The notes under the pieces are model-generated. The model saw only the letters and a list, made by a program, of their open reading frames with translations. It was not told where the DNA came from and made no database searches. From Candidatus Omnitrophota bacterium (GTDB lineage: Bacteria; Ratteibacteria; UBA8468; MWAK01): a DNA stretch of 30,603 nt. Positions 27,716 through 30,603 of this stretch are shown here, one piece after another; position 1 is the first letter of the stretch, and each line of letters begins with the position of its first letter. The position numbers and the translations under genes were made by a program. The stretch is taken from assembly GCA_043826355.1 (NCBI GenBank), contig JBDRQI010000025.1, positions 1-30,603 on the forward strand. The letters are read 5' to 3'.

Positions 27716-27835
27716 ATTTATCTTCCGCTATGCATCTTCAGCAACCATTGGCCAAATGGGGAGATTTTTTACTTTGCAGTTGACCTGCCTAAATAACGGC
27801 CAAGATTTTACGAGGTCGCAAGATTTGGGGCAGTT

Positions 27836-27864
27836 TTGAATAAGGCTAAGGCTTGAGGTATAAT
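27836..27864 (+). promoter_or_regulatory. Sigma70 promoter for tRNA-Val
   Basis: TTGAAT-17 nt-TATAAT. Confidence 0.7.
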
Positions 27865-27898
27865 TAAAGTTGAATTCTTTTTTTCTTTGCTTTTTCCG

Positions 27899-27972
27899 GG
27901 GCGGTTAGCTCAGTTGGTTAGAGCGCCACGTTGACATCGTGGAGGTCGTTGGTTCGAGTCCAATACCGCCCA
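27899..27972 (+). tRNA. tRNA-Val(GAC), followed by CCG rather than CCA
   Basis: Acceptor stem GGGCGGT/ACCGCCC, D-arm GCTCAGTTGGTTAGAGC, anticodon arm CCACG-TTGACAT-CGTGG, T-arm GTTGG-TTCGAGT-CCAAT. Confidence 0.95.
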
Positions 27973-27974
27973 CC

Positions 27975-28173
27975 GTTAAGTGCCCTGACACAGGACTCGA
28001 ACCCAAAGGGTGCGGGAAAAGGTATTTTCCCGCGTAGTCTCGGTGGGGATGGAAGATTAGGGAAGGGAGGCACCCTTCCCTAAAATGAGCGGAGGAAACG
28101 ACAGGTCTTGTAGCGACCAGCTAAAGACCTGTTTCCGGAGCAAAGTTGGTTCGTAGTCCAATACCGCCCACCA
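27975..28173. mobile_element. tRNA-Val-associated mini-element ending in a duplicated tRNA 3' end
   Basis: GTTGGTTCG(T)AGTCCAATACCGCCCACC repeated at 27948-27974 and 28145-28172; anti-T-arm GGACTCGAACC at 27993-28003; three internal hairpins. Confidence 0.78.
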
Positions 28174-28207
28174 TCTTCTTTTTTAAACTAAACACGGAGG
28201 AGAAACG

Positions 28208-29200
28208 ATGCTTAAGGTAGGCGTGGTCGGCTGCGGAAACATGGGCGCCTGGCATCTGAAGAAATACAGCGAATTACCGAATGTAAAGATAGTTGCCGTC
28301 TGCGAAATCAATGAAGTATTGCTTAAAAAAGCAGTCCAAGAGTACGGAGCACCGCGCCTTTTTACCGATTACCGCGAGATGGCAAAAATGGAAGACCTTG
28401 ATGCGGTAAGTATCGTCCTGCCCAATTTTTTGCACCTGCCGGGCGCCCTGGAATTTCTTAACGCCGGCAAGGACGTCCTCTGCGAAAAACCGATGGCCCG
28501 CACTTACGCGGAAGCCGAAAAAATGCTAAAAAAAGCCAAGGAGAAGAAGCGAGTTTTAATGGTCAACATGAACCATCGCTGGCGTCCGGAAAACTCCATG
28601 CTTAAGGAACTGGCCGCGGGCGGGCGGTTCGGGGAAATCTATTACCTTCACGCACGCTGGCTGCGAAACCACACCTTCAGCGAAAAACAGAAGAAAAACC
28701 TCTGGTTTGCGAACAAAGAAAAATCCGGCGGCGGAACCCTGATTGACATTGGCATCCACATGCTGGATTTGAGCTTGTGGATTATGGACGATTTTCAACC
28801 AGTATCCGTCTCCGCATCGGTCTACAACAAGTTTTATTCCAGCGTGGACGACCTGGCCTCGGCTTTGATTCGGTTTCAGAACGGCAAGACCCTGCACCTG
28901 GAAACCTCCTGGGAAGCCCACCTGAAAGACGACTGGTCCATCTCGCTCCTGGGTACCAGGGCCGGATGCCACACTTCGCCCTTTACGGTCTTTGCCAAAG
29001 AAAACGGCATCCCTTCCGAAACCAGTTACCAACTGCCGGCGGAGTTTCCGGCGGAAAAAAGCAGCATCGGTAATTTCATAACCGCAGTCAAAACGAGAAA
29101 GACCCTGGAACCCTCCGGCGAAAAAGGAGCGCTGCTGGTCCGCATCCTGGAAGCAATCTACCTTTCAGCGCAAAAAGGAAAAGAAGTGATTTTAAAATAA
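28208..29200 (+). CDS. Gfo/Idh/MocA family NAD(P)-dependent oxidoreductase
   Basis: VGVVGCGNMG, GKDVLCEKP, SGGGTLIDIGIH; GGAGG RBS. Confidence 0.93.
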   Translation: MLKVGVVGCGNMGAWHLKKYSELPNVKIVAVCEINEVLLKKAVQEYGAPRLFTDYREMAKMEDLDAVSIVLPNFLHLPGALEFLNAGKDVLCEKPMARTYAEAEKMLKKAKEKKRVLMVNMNHRWRPENSMLKELAAGGRFGEIYYLHARWLRNHTFSEKQKKNLWFANKEKSGGGTLIDIGIHMLDLSLWIMDDFQPVSVSASVYNKFYSSVDDLASALIRFQNGKTLHLETSWEAHLKDDWSISLLGTRAGCHTSPFTVFAKENGIPSETSYQLPAEFPAEKSSIGNFITAVKTRKTLEPSGEKGALLVRILEAIYLSAQKGKEVILK

Positions 29201-29201
29201 A

Positions 29202-29727
29202 ATGTCCCGCGAAATCGGAAGACGGATAATGAACCTGGAACCGACCGGGTCGGCCGGACCGAGTATTGCGACCACAACGAACTGGTCCGCAGAATCTCCG
29301 GGCCTGATCTGACTGATAAAAACCTCAAAGAACAGGAAAAAGCGTGGGGAAAATCTTACCGATGCGCTGATTACGACCTGCTGTGGTTCAACGACGACGG
29401 TCCTGATACCTGGCAAAAACTGGGCCGGGCCACCGGGCCAATATTAAGGCCTGGGCAAAGACCGGTATCAAGGTCTTCATTTCCCACGATGACATGGTCT
29501 GGACCAACGGCGCCATCTTCAAGCCGGAGTGGTACCGCAAATACATCTTTCCCCGCTACCAAAAACTCTGGCGTCCCCTGAAAGAAGCGGAAATCAAGGT
29601 GCTTTTATGTTCCGACGGGAACTTTACCAAGTTTGTTGATGACGTAGCGGCTGCCGGCGCCGATGGATCTGTCTTTGAACCGCCGGCCGATTTGGAATAT
29701 ATCGTATCAAGATACGGCAAGAGATAG
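29202..29727 (+). pseudogene. Degraded uroporphyrinogen-decarboxylase-like (URO-D/MtaA superfamily) gene
   Basis: Protein-like segments in three frames: MSREIGRRIMNLEP | RVGRTEYCDHNEL..KLGRAT | ANIKAWAK..HDDMVW..WYRKYIFPRY..CSDGN..FEP..YGK*; too short for the TIM barrel. Confidence 0.72.
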
Positions 29728-29826
29728 ATCCAGGAAGAAAAAATTACCCTTTTCTCTTTCCAGCCTTTAAAAATTTCTGCGGCCAGCCGATAATCATCCG
29801 TTTATTATGGTATTATATTCATTCCG

Positions 29827-30603
29827 ATGAAACAACGGGAAAAACAAACCGACTTATTTGTTTACCTGCTGGTCCGAATTATTGTCTGGCTTCCGCGCCG
29901 GCTGTTCCGGATAATTTTGTCTGTTTCGGTCTATTTGCTGGCCGCCAACAACACTCCCGCCCGAAAATCCATCCGGTACAGCCTTGGTCTTGGTTTTCCG
30001 GAGATGCCGGCCGCGACAAAGAGACAGCTGACGCAAAAGATAATCTATCAGAACGGTTTTCTGGTGTATGAGAGTGGAAACTTAAATCGGCGCTGGGTGC
30101 AGAAGAGCGTTGAAGCGAAAGGACTTGTCAATTTGGAAGAAGCGCTGGCGAAAGGAAAGGGTGTTATCGCTCTCTCAGCCCACCTGGGCAATTTCGCCCT
30201 GCTTCTCTCCTATTTAAGCCGTCGCTACCCGGTTAAGGCGGTGGTCAATGACCCCAAAAACCATTACATGGCAAGGAACATCCGGGACATCCGGCAGAAA
30301 TCAGGCATTATAGAAATACCAAAGAAACCGGCAACTGCTTCGGTTCAAGAATCTCTGAATTGGCTGAAGTCCGGCAAGGTACTGTTGCTTCTGGCAGACG
30401 AATACCGGAAAAAAGGAATTACGGTTCCCTTTTTTAATCTTCCTTCCGGCACCCAGGCTGCGCCCGCGGTCTTCAGCCGGCGCCTGGGCTGCGCGGTGGT
30501 GCCGGTCTCCATCGTCCGGCGCGGCCCGAAGCACTTAATCCGGGTGGAACCGGCCCTGGTGATGGGCCGCAGCGAAGACCAGGAGAAAGACGTCCGGGAC
30601 AAT
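29827..30603 (+). CDS. Lipid A late acyltransferase (LpxL/HtrB)-like lysophospholipid acyltransferase, 3' truncated by window (absent from the ORF track)
   Basis: Open frame from ATG 29827 to the window end; N-terminal TM segment; GLVNLEEALAKGKGVIALSAHLGNF, LLADE, VPFFN. Confidence 0.88.
   Translation, partial: MKQREKQTDLFVYLLVRIIVWLPRRLFRIILSVSVYLLAANNTPARKSIRYSLGLGFPEMPAATKRQLTQKIIYQNGFLVYESGNLNRRWVQKSVEAKGLVNLEEALAKGKGVIALSAHLGNFALLLSYLSRRYPVKAVVNDPKNHYMARNIRDIRQKSGIIEIPKKPATASVQESLNWLKSGKVLLLLADEYRKKGITVPFFNLPSGTQAAPAVFSRRLGCAVVPVSIVRRGPKHLIRVEPALVMGRSEDQEKDVRDN

Noticed and set aside
27716..27837. Possible riboswitch, ncRNA or gene remnant after the helicase
   Set aside because: Only an imperfect CTGCCTAAAT/ATTTGGGGCAG stem and a short startless frame are visible; no recognisable motif.

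Overview
Chromosomal window from a diderm bacterium, with every credible gene on the + strand. The zinc-ribbon SpoVG suggests a PVC/Omnitrophota-like lineage, which is inference only. Bases 1-12.8 kb are a tightly coupled surface-polysaccharide operon: GT4, GT2, GT-A and CgeB-like glycosyltransferases, a kinase-like gene overlapping an AT-rich FkbM methyltransferase, and a TagF-type phosphotransferase. Bases 12.8-30.6 kb are mostly housekeeping: pta, a glmU-like gene, ACP, a phosphohexomutase, csp, a TPR protein with a small beta-barrel, lepA, lepB, grpE, ispE, spoVG, glyQ, tRNA-Leu, a DEAD-box helicase, tRNA-Val, a Gfo/Idh/MocA oxidoreductase, a URO-D-like pseudogene and an LpxL-like acyltransferase. 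The main signal is a set of small, structured, non-autonomous elements with no transposase in the window. (i) A 273-bp MITE with 31-bp TIRs sits in frame inside ispE. (ii) REP-type hairpins are translated in frame inside the phosphohexomutase and pta. (iii) Both tRNAs are followed by a mini-element of the same design: an antisense T-arm copy, hairpins, then a duplicated tRNA 3' end. Also found: a ~55-aa C-terminal module shared by two otherwise dissimilar glycosyltransferases, and an unannotated 36-aa lipoprotein-like ORF upstream of csp. All calls come from manual motif reading; no database searches were run.
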